Positions 1 through 13,561 are shown, counted from the stretch's first letter. The stretch is 64,000 nucleotides of DNA from the human T2T-CHM13v2.0 reference genome, Homo sapiens (GCF_009914755.1 NC_060931.1); one strand, 5' to 3'. Numbers and translations: made by a program. The notes: a model not told the origin generated them from the letters alone.

Positions 1-155
1 TACCCACTGTAGGATGAAAGCAGACCTCCCAGGCCTGCATGAAGCTGGCTTTTGGGTCTGATGTAGAAAATGGAAGCTGCTCTGATTAATAAACATGGGT
101 GGCGGGGAATGGGATGTTGTGGGATCCAGCAGGGCTGATTCTGGGGGAAGCAAGA

Positions 156-306
156 CAGGCTGCATGATATGCAGGGTCCAGTGCAAAATATAAACGTGGG
201 GCCCCTTGAAATACTTAACAAATTCAAGACAGTGACAGCAGAGCACTGAGCCAAGTGTGGGGCTTTGTGTGACTGCAGGGATTGCACACCCATGAAGCCA
301 CTCTGG
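156..306 (-). mobile_element. MER45-like hAT DNA transposon relic
   Basis: Reverse complement resembles the MER45A consensus (GGCTTCATGGGTGTGCAA...AAGGGGCCCCAC...TTTTGCACTGG); CAG/CTG-type ends. Confidence 0.65.
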
Positions 307-2041
307 AGTGAGTAACAGAGGTCAGAGAGGAGGGGAGCTTGCCAGGGGTCCAGTTAATGAGAGAGCCGGAAGAGGCCTGATGGAGACTTTCCCAGTGAAA
401 TGCTGCACCATGTGATCCTGCAAATTCTCTGCAAAATCGCAAGCTCCACATTGAGTTACGTGAATGGGGTTCTTATGGAAGCTGGTGAAGAAGCCGGTGT
501 GGTGTCACAACAGAATAAGCCAAGCAGATGAGGGGACAGCCAACACTTTGCTATTCAGCTAACATTTCTCATAAATTAGGGGCTTAGGTAAAGAATCCAT
601 TTCTATGACAAGAAATTTCCCTGTGTCACATAATCTCGCGGGACCAGGTGATCTTTTATTTATTAGTGTAGCAGGACGTTGCAGGATACTCTCTCTGTCA
701 CTCAGAATTGGCAACTGGGGACCACATCTGGAGGTGTACAGAGAGGCTAAATACTTTAGCAGAGATGCTAAGCAAAGAGAACCATGGATGGCAAGAGCCA
801 GACACCTGCTTGTGGTTTGCTAAGACCCGGCAGAGCCACAGCAGCCCTCCCTGTCTTGGCTGTGCCCTTCCAACATGTGCAGTTATGAGGGTTTGCCTTG
901 GAGGGGGTCTGCTGCAGCTGCTGCTCCCCCAGGAAGCCAAGTAAGAGGCATTCCTAGAAAACCACTTCTAGAGTATGGGGTTTTGACAGGCGCCCTGCAT
1001 GCTACTTTTGACTGGCTGCTTGCTTAGGCAGTAGACTTATGACCTGCCTGCCCCCTCCCAAACAGGGGCAGAGGGGTGGAGACGACGGCGGGCAGTGGAG
1101 GGGCAGCCTGCAGTCCGCCCTTGGTCTGGCTGGGGGGATGTCTGCATTTTCTATGCTCCAAGCGGTCGCTGGGAGGGTAGCTGGCTTGAGCCTTTCTGTC
1201 TGGCAATAAAAACTATGGGGAGAACAGATGAGACGGGGGTAGTTGGAAGAGATCAAGTAGCATCCAGAGCCCCCAGGTAGGTGACCTGTGTGAAGGCCCC
1301 TGCGAGTCTTCCCGAAGAACGCTCCTGTAGAAGCAGCAACTTTATATAGAGAGGAGGAGACCGCTTCTCTTGACCACCCCCACCATCCCAATTCCTCCCT
1401 TGCCCTGGAGAAGATAGGAGGGGAGATTGTTTTTCAGAGCCTACCATGTTCCCTCCCAGCACCCTACCTCTGAGGTGAGAAAGGGGAGGAAGACAGAAAG
1501 AGCAGACCTGCCCCTTTCCCACTTTAGGCCCTTCCACCAGCCCAGCCAGCCATGGAGGTGGGTGGGGACACTTTATTTTTGGATATGAGGTTGGAGTCTT
1601 CAACTGGACTTGACGAAGTTTTTTAATACCAGGAAGTGACCGAGGGAGTTATGCAGTATGTCCAGGGTAGCATTAAGGGACCTTTAATCAGCAGGGGCGG
1701 GAGATTCACCACAGCCCAGCGCGGGGCACACTGGGAGAAAAATAAAACCATTTCCTGTGTGCACCCAGTGGAGTTGAGACTGTTCAATAAACTAGCTATA
1801 TCTGATGAAGGACTTCATATCCTTAGGGTTAAAGGAAAGTCACTGCATTGTGTTGTGGTGTACTGAATTTATAAATTCTTAGTTGAGGAATAGCCAGATC
1901 TTTTTGCAAATCAAAAACTTGAAATGTTAAATGAGGAGGAAAGAAACTCACTAGAGGCAAATTTCTGGATGTAGATAGAGGAGACACTAAAAGAGGTAAC
2001 TCATAGTTGCCTTTTTCTTTTCTCCCTAAAGTCTAAGAGTT

Positions 2042-2047
2042 TTTATT
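2042..2047 (-). terminator. NPVF polyadenylation signal AATAAA (distal candidate)
   Basis: Plus tttatt at 2042-2047, ~520 nt after the stop codon. Further AATAAA hexamers lie at 2243-2248 and 2350-2355. Confidence 0.65.
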
Positions 2048-2564
2048 TTGTAGTTTTACACAGACATTTACATTTCAATTGATCACAGATTCATTAACAT
2101 TTGACACGATAGAAAGGGTGTACAGAAACACGTTTGTAAGTGATTTTTAATCCTTGTTCACTTATTTGTCAACCATGTTATTCTGGCATATTATTTAATT
2201 TCCATCATAATGTTTTTCAGGGTGCTCTTCTGTTTAATTTTTTTTATTAAGTGTAACTGTGCCAATGATTTTTATATAGGGTAGTGAGGAGGGTCCTCTG
2301 TCTCTCTCTCCATTATCAGAGATTTCTAAAGCATTTGCAATGCTTTTTTTTTATTCAGACAAAAATCATTTTAACTTTACGTAACAAATATGCTTTAATT
2401 TTTTTACAACTTTCAAGATACTATTATAGCTGTACTGACAAGGAAAAATTGCCGTTGATGATCCATAGCTGATGAAGTGTATGTAGCTACTCTTCCGTGT
2501 GGTCTTCGCTATAGAGCCATTTGTAGATTACAGGCCACAGCTTTAGGGACAGGCTCCAGGTTTC

Positions 2565-2616
2565 TTATTTTTCTTGTTTCAATTCTGCATCATCTATTTT
2601 CTTGAATAGCAGTCTC
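2565..2616 (-). CDS. NPVF: NPVF coding exon 3 (C-terminus RLLFKKIDDAELKQEK*)
   Basis: Acceptor TTTTAG at 2622-2617; first G completes the split AG|G Arg codon; stop TAA at 2567-2565. Total CDS 138+401+52=591 nt = 196 aa plus stop. Confidence 0.96.
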
Positions 2617-3204
2617 CTAAAATGTAAGCAGTATAAAATGTTGTCACCCATCAGAACAACAGCATGCAAGTGTGTATACAAATACAAGCCATAGTCCTAA
2701 CTGCCTAATTATACTTGAGTTGAATTGTGTTGCACTTGAAATGAGTGAGATATTGGGGGGATGCTGAATCTGTGATGGGCACTCAGTCCCAAACACTTAT
2801 CATTGATTCATCTCTCTCCCTCCACACCGCCCCACTCCCAACATCTGATTAGCTGTCAATTCTGCCTCTGTATAACATCCCACAACCTCAGCAGAAATGT
2901 CAGTGGTTCTCCCTCTCCTGATGAATGACGCCCCAAGTCCTTGTCCGGGTCCTCAATATCTGCGCTCTCTGCTCTTACTCTAACGGTCTAGACTTCTTTC
3001 CTCTCTTCTTCGCATCCTTTTTGCTCTTGCCAAAGGGCGCCTCGGCTGTTCTTGGCTCACCTTGCTTTAGTGCCTAAAAATGACCTCCCTCTTCTCACCA
3101 GTCTCCGAATGTTCAAGAGAAAGCTGCTTTTGAAAGGCAGGTTTCCACATACAGAAACACTCTCTTTTTTTCTGACCCTCTGCAGGACCTTATTAGTGCC
3201 TCTC

Positions 3205-3420
3205 TTATTTCATTCATCCCGTCAGATATTGAGGGCTTACTATGTGGTAGACACAGTTCTTAGGCTCTGGGCATATGGCAGTGGACAAAAATTATGGGAT
3301 TTGTAGGACTGAAATTCTAATAAAGGCAATGAACCCTAAATATATGTCAGATGGGGATAAGTACCATGGAAAAGAACAAACCTGGAGTGTCCTGAGAAGG
3401 TCTCTCAGATAAGGTGACAC
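3205..3420 (-). mobile_element. L2 3'-end relic in NPVF intron 2
   Basis: ttcattcatcc...tattgagggcttactatgtggtagacacagttctaggctctggg is the typical antisense L2 tail. Confidence 0.6.
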
Positions 3421-4069
3421 AATCTGCCACTGTACTTTCTTCAGGTCTTAACTAAAGCATCATGTTCTACTTCATATAAAAAAAATTTTTTTTAAGCATA
3501 CGCTCTCTACTATAAAAGAACAGGTAGGTAGCTTATTAATTTTTAAATCTTACATTCTGATGTGTACATAGGAGATAATACATATTTCTTAATATAAATA
3601 ATGATTATAACAGAGTTTATAAGATGAGATCCAGATAAAAGAAAACACTTTGATTAAAAGTTAGGAAAGAAAACCTGCTGCATTTGAGACCTAGATTATT
3701 GAGATGGGGTCCTTTGCACCTGAACAACTCTCTCCCATGAGACTTTTTATGTGGGAGAGGTCCAGCGTTTAGACAATATACTGTCATTGCATGGACTTAG
3801 TGAGCAGCTATAGGATAAGGAGATTGATGATTATATGTGGCTTAGGGGAAGCCATCCTATGATTTTATACCTTGAGCCATGCTTATTATACCTGGCCTTC
3901 TATAGTTCCCAATTTACAGATATTTAGTTCCTTGTGTCTTTGCCTCTCTCTCCTGCTAGGAAACTTACTGTCTTAGAAACTTATGTTGAAAAGATGTAGT
4001 CATTTTTAAAGTTTCTAGACCACCTCTATATAACTGCCCATGCACTTTGACTGGTTTCCAGGTATTTAC

Positions 4070-4470
4070 CTTGACTGTTTTTGATCGGGATTCTGGATTT
4101 CTTGGTGCTGGCAGGTCATGGAGTAAAATAAGTCATTGGCACATGGTGAATGCATGGATCCTTGACACAAATCACTCAGCATCCTGCAGACACTTTTGGC
4201 TGTTGTTGTTCTCCCAAACCTTTGGGGCAGGTTAGGAACACGTCTCACGAGGCTCACCTCCATATTTCTTCCAGATCTCAGAGGCAGGTTGGCTGTTGCT
4301 CCAGCACTTCTTTCTTCTTGAACGTTCCTCCCAAATCTCAATGGCAAGTTGGCGAAGGAGTGTGGCATTTTATTGACTGCAGGTGTACTCATCTTAATAA
4401 CATTTTTTGGTCCCCAATCTTTTAATTCCTCAAAATTGAGGCTTCTTTCCCCTTTTGGGTATCCTCTAGG
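4070..4470 (-). CDS. NPVF: NPVF coding exon 2 (encodes RFRP-1, RFRP-2, RFRP-3)
   Basis: Acceptor AG at 4472-4471, then CCT AGA GGA TAC (PRGY). Contains MPHSFANLPLRF-GR (4368-4327), SAGATANLPLRS-GR (4308-4267) and VPNLPQRF-GR (4239-4210). Donor AG|GTAAA; 401 nt. Confidence 0.99.
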
Positions 4471-5745
4471 CTATAATTAGAAATGACCATTACAATAACA
4501 TACTGTTGTTATAAGCAACAGATTTAAACCCCCAATTAACTTAAATCTAGACTTTAATCTGCAGAATTGTTAAAGCTATAAACAAAGTTTGTGTTCATAT
4601 GTGCAGAATTTTTAAATGATTTGTATTAAGCTTTTTAAAGCAATCTAGTTTCTCTGTCCCTAGACTATTGTAAGACAACCATAAAATATTTATAAAATAT
4701 ATATAGTGAATACAGCAATGAGTTCAAGCAGCAGGAACATAATGAAGTACTGAAATGTGGCAAAAGTTTATTTTACTGCAGTTATTCTCTTTTGGTTTTT
4801 TTGATTCATGTTGCTTATGGAATATTTTATATATTTTTATAATTTGATTTTAGAGAAACCTCCCACTCATTTTTCATGTTTCTCTTTAAAGGCCAAAGTG
4901 GCACATGGAAACACGGTACATCGAAACAGAGATGCTGGCCAGGTTTTGGGGTATAGTTGTAGAAGGCCCAGTGGATTTCTTTTTTATTCTATCTTACTCA
5001 GGGTACCACTCTAAAGCTTTCTCAAGAAACCAATTGCATTTTTATTAGAATATAAAATACATTTTTAGCAAAGAACTCATTGGTTTATGGGTTACTGCAT
5101 CACAAGTATGCCAACTTTGTAGGAACCATCTCAAATACAGAGAATATTTAATTAGATTTAGTCTTTACCATAGGAGCTTGTCCATATGGAAATTTTTAAA
5201 TGATTGTTTTCTGATTATCCCTTGAGTAAAATGAGTATACACGCTAATTTCATCAGATTTGGAAAACACATAAAAGAAAATAAAAACAATTTGCAATTTT
5301 ACCATCTACAGGTAAACACTTTACTAAGATATAGATTTAGTACACATTGGCCAGTTTGTAATTGCTAAGCCCAAAAGAAATGTGTTTTTTGTTTGTTTGT
5401 TTGTAGTTTAAAACAATTTGAATGTCCAGCTGAAATGTACCCAAATCTTATTTCTGCCAACCATTTATTACAAATATGCACTTGTGAGTTGATTGAAAAT
5501 TATTAATGCGCTGTATGCTTGCTAAGTACCATACTCACCAGTACAATTGTCATGACAGAGGCCAGCCTGATTGCTGTCGTGCTAAATAAACAAGTGACAT
5601 TTATACATTGTCAGAGGAAGGCTGAAATTTCACAAAAAAACAGAGTACACACCAACTTACTTCTTAGTCTTTACAAAATCATTAGACTTAGGATTAATAT
5701 TATGTAATTAATGCTACTCACATTAGAGAGATTTAAAAAACTTAC

Positions 5746-5883
5746 CTCAGAATATTTGCCATAATTTTCTTTGCTGTGAAGATTGGACATCACTAATTCA
5801 TCTGCACAAAAAATGTTTGATGTTAACAAGCTTGAAGTGGCTAAAGTCAATAAAATGAATAGTTTTGATGAAATAATTTCCAT
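5746..5883 (-). CDS. NPVF: NPVF coding exon 1 (aa 1-46, includes signal peptide)
   Basis: Translates MEIISSKLFILLTLATSSLLTSNIFCADELVMSNLHSKENYGKYSE with a hydrophobic signal peptide. Ends at donor GAG|GTAAG (plus-strand cttacctc 5741-5748); 138 nt, phase 0. Confidence 0.98.
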
Positions 5884-5954
5884 TTTGTCTAAATCTAAAA
5901 TTAAGTCTCTATGTGCAGTCCAATGTTTATGAGAGGAGAAAAAAATTGTGGTGT

Positions 5955-5961
5955 TTTTATA
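5955..5961 (-). promoter_or_regulatory. NPVF TATA box (TATAAAA)
   Basis: Plus strand tttttatat at 5954-5962, ~72 nt upstream of the ATG, implying a TSS near 5930 and a short 5'UTR. Confidence 0.8.
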
Positions 5962-7396
5962 TCGTCTAAAAACAAAGGAAAGTTTTTTTTAAACAGTGAA
6001 ATCAATCTCACACATTTTAAGTACTAATATTAATTAGAGTGTACAACTAAAATATGCATGTAAGGAATGTGAATAATTCATTCTGGGAAGACAGCAATGT
6101 TTGTGCTTGCAAATTCATTAACTTTGAAAATAATTTTCCTCATTATAAAAGAGCTTCTAATTAGGTAAGTTTGGGGGGATAGTAATTAAGATTCCAAACA
6201 AACAGAATGCTTCATTTCTCTAAGCTTAAACAAAAAGTATTTTGTTTTTGGTGTTTGTGTCAATTCTTGAGGGAAGGAAAAGGAAGTATTCAATCCATGC
6301 TAGCTATGTTTTTTTTTTTTTAATCTGCACAAAAGAGTTAGGCGTAGTATTTTCAAAATGTCAAGCAAAATTAAGAATGTGAAAAAAATTATAATATCCC
6401 AACAAAATGCCATGAATTAGTTTTTTTGTAAAATGCTGTTTGGTTATTAAAAAGCTTCAGGGGTCAATGTTAGCCGTAACATGAAGGATGTGTATATGAG
6501 CAAATACTTGATAGGCATTTTGACAAACTGGCGTCTCAGGAGAAGCTGGAGGCAGTCAGGCCCTCTGTATTTGCTCTATGGGTCTTATTTGGTAAAGCTG
6601 TGTCAATCACCAAAACTTTCTATCAAGATGCTGCATCCTACCTTCCCTCTCAAAGTCCTTAGGGAGACTAGCAGGGGCTTGGTAAGTCATACACATGCTA
6701 ACTCTATTGGTCCCAGGACGCATATTATTTAGGTAATCGCGTATTGCCAAAGGTGTGCTGTCATCATGACATTAAAAGAGAATTTACAGAAATAAATGCG
6801 CATTTACTGAAATGCCAAAGCGAATCTCTTTTGGAGCAGCTGACTGTTCTTAAATATCTGCCTTATCACTAGACTGCCTGGGTTCTAGAGACACCTTTAC
6901 TTGTTCCCACCAGTCCCTTCAGCCCTTTCAGGAGAAAAAGACTTGCATGGATTTCCTACAGTCCAGCTACTTCTAGACACAGACAGTTAGAGGTAATTCA
7001 CAAAGAGTTGTAAAATTGCTCTGTTGTGTCTAGAACTGTGCCACCTCTCACCTCTCTCACCAACCTACCGTATGTAATTTGAGACGTGAGATGGCAGAAG
7101 TGAAGATCTTTCTTCATATTGATCTCCAGAACAAGCCAGAAAGTTGAAAAACCACAGTGGGTGAACTCTTGTGATACAAACTTGCCTATGGTCTCTCTTA
7201 AGGCATTTGACATCATTGGCTTCATTTGTTTTGGTTTGTAGTAGCCAAGAACCCCACAGTAGGAGGCAATTAATTCAATTCATAGTCTATCGTTAATTTT
7301 GTAATGCCATTATTGGATTATTTGGGTTTAATTTCCCTGAGGATTTAATACATTTCTCTTCCAAATTGTTCTTTTGCAAACTGCTGATGGAATTTC

Positions 7397-7398
<2 letters not shown>

Positions 7399-7445
<47 letters not shown>

Positions 7446-7450
7446 GTGTG
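7399..7450. repeat. (TG)n microsatellite
   Basis: About 19 pure TG units plus a degenerate extension. Confidence 0.97.
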
Positions 7451-7772
7451 TAGTCAGTAGATCCAAACTTTTGAGAAATGAATGAATCAAGGGGCAAGTT
7501 TTGTTGACTGAATTCACACCCCAGAAAAAGCAGAAGGCATCAGCCTGAGTCTTTTTCAAAATGTATTTTTATCTAGTTGGCATTTTCAGATAAAATGCAA
7601 ATTAAGCAGCTCACCAGTTTTCAGTGCTGCTACTAATGGGTGTTGGCAGATCCATTAGAATTTTCCTGATGACAATCAGCATACACATATGACTTAATTG
7701 CTCCCTGCCTCCACCAGGTTAGGACTCCACGTTTGGAAGGTAATTAGAATTATCTTATTAATATGGGGCTTG

Positions 7773-8113
<341 letters not shown>

Positions 8114-8544
8114 TCAATTATATCTTCATTTAACTTTGAAAGTGTTAACAGATATAGAACATACAAAGTATGAAATCACCATAAATCTTTTGTTGAAATG
8201 TGCTACTGCATACACACATACAGATTAATTGGTTTAGGGTCTCTTGGTGAGACATATGAGGATATGAAAAATTTAAAAAAATCTCTCTCTCGGACTTGTG
8301 GCATTTAAATACATGCTTCATTTGCTAAGATTTTAGTGGCTCTAGGACTACTCAATTCTAAGCCTATCTCTTCAGGCTGGTCACTTCTCCTGAGCTTTTG
8401 AACCTCCCACTCAGCTTCCTACCAGACAGTGCTGTTTGGACATCCCACAAACATTTCAAGTTCAGTATGTCTGAAATGGAATTTATCTTTTCCATACCTA
8501 TTTTTCCTCCTATGTTTCTCATGTCGATGAATAGTACTGCATCT

Positions 8545-9112
8545 GTCAGGGTCCAATCAGGAGACAGAAAACACACAGTAACTTGAACAGGAAGTGATTA
8601 ATACAAATAATTATTAATTATAACAGGAAATTAACTATAAAGGGGTGAAGAATACACTACAGTTGAGAGACAATATCCAAGGAAAGAACAAGCTGGTTGG
8701 AATTTAGATCATATTGGAGAAAGTGTGATGGCAGGGAAGTTTGCTGCATTGCTCCTGGCCAGAACTTATCTGTAGTCTCAAGCAGGAAACCTTTTGGAAT
8801 GTAGGTAGGTCAGGCAACTTCCGGAATATCTGTGAGACTCCTAGGAATCTCCCACTGAAACCTGATGGGGGTGAGCACCATTGGATGACCCCACATGTAC
8901 TACTGGCAGCTGCACACAGAGAAGCAAGCAGATGCATGATTGGATCAGGAAAAGTACCTCTTTGATTTAGTAACCCTTCAGTACCTTCTACTGAAAGAAC
9001 TTAAAATTATGCCTGCTGCAAAGGAGAAATTCTTACTGGGTCCATCTCCCTTATCTCAAAGCATGCATTGAAGGGTAGATGTAGAGCTATTGCAATAGGT
9101 CTATAACTGGCA
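8545..9112. mobile_element. Old LTR-like insertion (probably ERVL class) splitting the L2
   Basis: Starts TG (tgtcagggtccaatcaggagacagaaa) and ends ...actggCA; L2 sequence resumes on both sides. Confidence 0.45.
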
Positions 9113-9234
9113 AGGTTACTATCATCCATTCATTTATCCAGGCTAAATTCCCTTGTGAGATCCCTATTTCCTCCCACATCTTATTCTACAGTTGATGATA
9201 ATTGTGTTTCTAGTTTTGGGCTGTTACACTCAAT

Positions 9235-9460
9235 AATAATAAAAGCCAATTTTTAAAAGCATTTATCACGTTCCAGAAATTCTTCTAAGCATTCTGTGAA
9301 TTAACTCACTTATCTTTCATAATAATCCCATGAGCAGCTACTATTATTGTGCCTACTCTTCAAAAAGGGAGACTGAGGTGCAGAGGAATTAAACAACTTT
9401 CCCAGTAAGTGTCAGAACCAGGGTATGAACACAGTCTAAACTTAATGACTACTAGTTTGC
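9235..9460 (-). mobile_element. MIR
   Basis: ctactattattgtgcctactcttcaaaaagggagactgaggtgcagag matches the antisense MIR core. Confidence 0.7.
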
Positions 9461-9577
9461 CTGATAAAGTCTGCTCTCTTCCAACTTCTAAATGGCTCTT
9501 AAATCTGCTCACTTCTTTCCACTCCCATGGCCATAACTCAATTTATCATTTTTCTCTTGCCTAGATCCTTTTCTTGA

Positions 9578-9873
<296 letters not shown>

Positions 9874-12335
9874 ACATTTATGACTTTCGTTCTTAATGTC
9901 TTTCAGTCATTTCCCATTTCCCTCAGAATCACTCAGGTCGCCTACCCTTCATGATCTGTACTCTATTTATCTCTGTTTATTTACCTGCATGGACTCTTGC
10001 CACTCCCTACCAGCTCCTTGCTTGACGATGAACTTCTTTCTGTTCCTCCAAATAGATGAGCTTTCTCTCGCCTCCAGGCCTCTGCCCATGATTTTCCGGT
10101 GCATCTAATGTTCATCCACTGGCCTCTCTCCTTCTCACACCTATTCATTGTTTGGGCCTCAGCTGAGGTATGATATGTTGTGAAAAGTCTCTCTTGACTT
10201 CCGTCTCTAAGACATAGCTGTTTTTTCTTTGCTAATCGTTGCTCTTATCACTCTAACTTGTCCTGAACCATCCATGGCTCCGCAAACTTTGTGAGGGAAG
10301 GAGCTTGCTTGTGTAGAATGTAGGAGTATTTTCATTGTCTATTGCACAGATGCCCAGGAAATTTTATTTCTAAGTGAATTAGTAATTTTTTTATTATTAT
10401 GGGAAATAGGAGTTAAAACTGAAGTTGTTTAGTTATTTTTCCCCAGCGTTGGCCTAGGTTTGTGGCTTGTCGTGAAATCACAATGTCTTAACATTATCTT
10501 TTTGGGATTTCACATTGAAGACTTTCCCAGACTGAGCTCTATACAATTAAGTATAAGTAGGTTGAATGTGAGTTTTGGTTTATTCTGTTTCTAGTTTAAT
10601 ATGCAGTTTGATAAGTTCAATATGTTCTGATGGATCTTACTGTGTTGATGGCCATCAGTTGTGCCCAAACACCAGGATGGGTAGGAACAGGGACTGCGCA
10701 GCCCCAAGGAGTGCTTCCTGGTGAGGCTTCAGGGTCTCCCACTAGGCCGACTTCAGAACAGAAAAGGGTTCTCTGCTTGCTTATTATCTCTCTATGCCCA
10801 CTAGCCACATCCTAACTTCGGGCAGGCAGGTAGAATGGGAGTTCAATTTCACCAGTCAGAAAAGGAGCTGACTTGAGTTTGGGTTTTTGACTTTGTGAGA
10901 TTCTAGACTATTTGCACTTCTAGTAAATATTTAAAATAAGAGGTTTTGTGCCATGGGCTGCAAGTTTCTACTTAAATCTTTATGTAGAAGGGGCAGCTCA
11001 CTCTATGCATAGTTCCATGCTTCTTAAGGTCATAGTGAGGGCTACCAAAAAGGTGGTTAATTTAATATCTGGAGGAGCCCCATTACAGAGCCCTTCTCCT
11101 CAACCCAGCAGCATACTTCCAGGGCACTTGCCTTTTTATAATGTTTATTTCTTCTTTTCCATCTAAGTATAACCTAGTTGTTATAAGGAAGTATTTATAG
11201 GCATTAGAGTCTTATTTTGCATTTCATGTTTGCAAAGTATTTTGCAACCATTTGGGAACTAATTCAGGCCTTCTTTAGAGACGGATGGTAGTATTACCAT
11301 ATAATTCATTTCAGCATTATGTGTGGCAAGGAGAAAGAAATACCTGCCTTTGTTCCAAATAAAAACATCCTATGCAAATTGTAAAAAATTCTTATTAAAA
11401 AAAGTATGGTAGTACTTTTTTTTCAGGATTTATGAGTGGCTTGTTATAATCAGCTTGTCATATTTGGAGAGCAGGATTGTATTTACTTCTCTGCTTTTTA
11501 CTATGACAGATTATAACGCCAGGGTTTTAGAAGGTGCTGATGTGAATGTAAGACAAAGATTATTCCTCCATCTAGTAAAAGCAGTTGAAATTCATCTCGA
11601 GTTGAAGTAACTTAAAGAATCAGTTTGTACAAGAATAAACATTAAATATTTATAAAAATTAATTCACATGATTTACTCTGGAAAATTGAATCAATGGCAA
11701 GGTCCCTATATCTACAGGACATATTTTAGAGCAATATATTGAGCAAACATTCAGTATCTCTATTAGATCTTTCAAACAATAGAGAATGGTAGTATTTTTT
11801 TAGATTTTTTAAAGCAATTGTGTAAGGCTGATTAGGAAGGAGGCTCTCTACAGCACAGCTTTCCAATTCAAGCTTTTACGTTTTTTAATGTTTCATTTTT
11901 ATTGACTTTTTTTTCTCTTTCAGGAAAAATGTGTGATTTTTACTGGCCTGGCAGGGGTTTGTGGTACCTCTTGCCAAAGTGTCAAGAAAACTCAGAATTC
12001 TGTACGTGAGAGACAAAGACCAGATGTTTAGTTAAAACAACACGTATCTTTTACACAAATATAGGTAATGGAAACCAAAACTTTCCCTCGTATTTTTTTT
12101 TTCTTTTTGACCAGTCTTGCTTTTGATATTTTTAAAATAAGCAAGCAGCCATCTTGTCATTCTAACCTGAGCAGGACAATTTAATTTCTTGTAAAGTGTG
12201 TGCTTTTTCAATATCTTGGGGGTTTTTGATTTATCTTTTTTTTTTGAAGGATTCTGCTCTAAAATGTAGAATGTACTCTTCAAGTAATAATTTGCTTTAA
12301 TAAAAAAGGAAAATTTAAGACTTTGAGTGGCTTAG

Positions 12336-12710
<375 letters not shown>

Positions 12711-13561
12711 GCCTGGCCACATCTTTATCGGGGAGGAAATCTGTTGCTTAAACTTACACTGATGTGGTTCGTGGAGGATGTTTGCAGAGACAGCCGTTTT
12801 CCCATCTCCAGCATAGGAATAAAGGCAGAATGAACATCATCACTAATGTGGGTCCTCCCAGCTGCTCTTTCATCTCTGATGAAAAGGGAACTGATTGAAA
12901 TGCCCACATGAAGGGGTTGTTGTTGTTTGTTTGTTTTCTTTTTGGGGGGGGGCATGTTGGTGCTGTGCTCCTGAGTGCTGTTGGTAAGAATTTCCTCAAA
13001 GGTCCACGTAGCATCCACACAATTGCCTGGATTCTGAATAGCAGCTGGCCTGGCTCTGGCCGACCTTGCATGAACACACTGGCACTTTCTTCTGTTTTTA
13101 GCCCTTTGGCTTTGGCAACACTCCATGCCCCTCTGCTCTACCTATGAGTACTTCATACCCAGTGGGTGCCTCTTTCACCTGAGTCAGAGAGACTGCCCTT
13201 CAGTACTGAGGAGTCGGCACTTCCCTTCAACACTGGTTTTATTGGATCCCCCCAAAGGGATGTGTTCATGCTATAGCCAGGAATTACAGCACAGCAGTTC
13301 TCAAGCAATTCCATGACAAAACTCAACCAATTCCAAGCAAGGAAACAGGAAAAGCTTCCGCTAAATCATTACTGCTGTCTTTGGAAGAGTACTTAAAAAT
13401 ACACTTTTAAACCTATAGCAACTTTAGGTATAAATTTAATTAAAGGGGGAGATTTTCTGGCCATCTCCTGATTCTACAAGACAAACTCTAAAGTGAAATT
13501 TTCTGTACTAATTGAGGTAAAATGAGCTAAATAGATATTAATATAATCAGCATTAAATACC

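Noticed and set aside
5671-5745. Extension of the NPVF exon-1 ORF (VSFLNLSN...)
   Set aside because: Intron read-through past a strong GTAAG donor.
11905-11925. Strong + strand splice-acceptor-like sequences (also ~19790-19808 and ~63635-63657) suggesting a lncRNA
   Set aside because: Polypyrimidine+AG is common; exons cannot be linked without transcript evidence.
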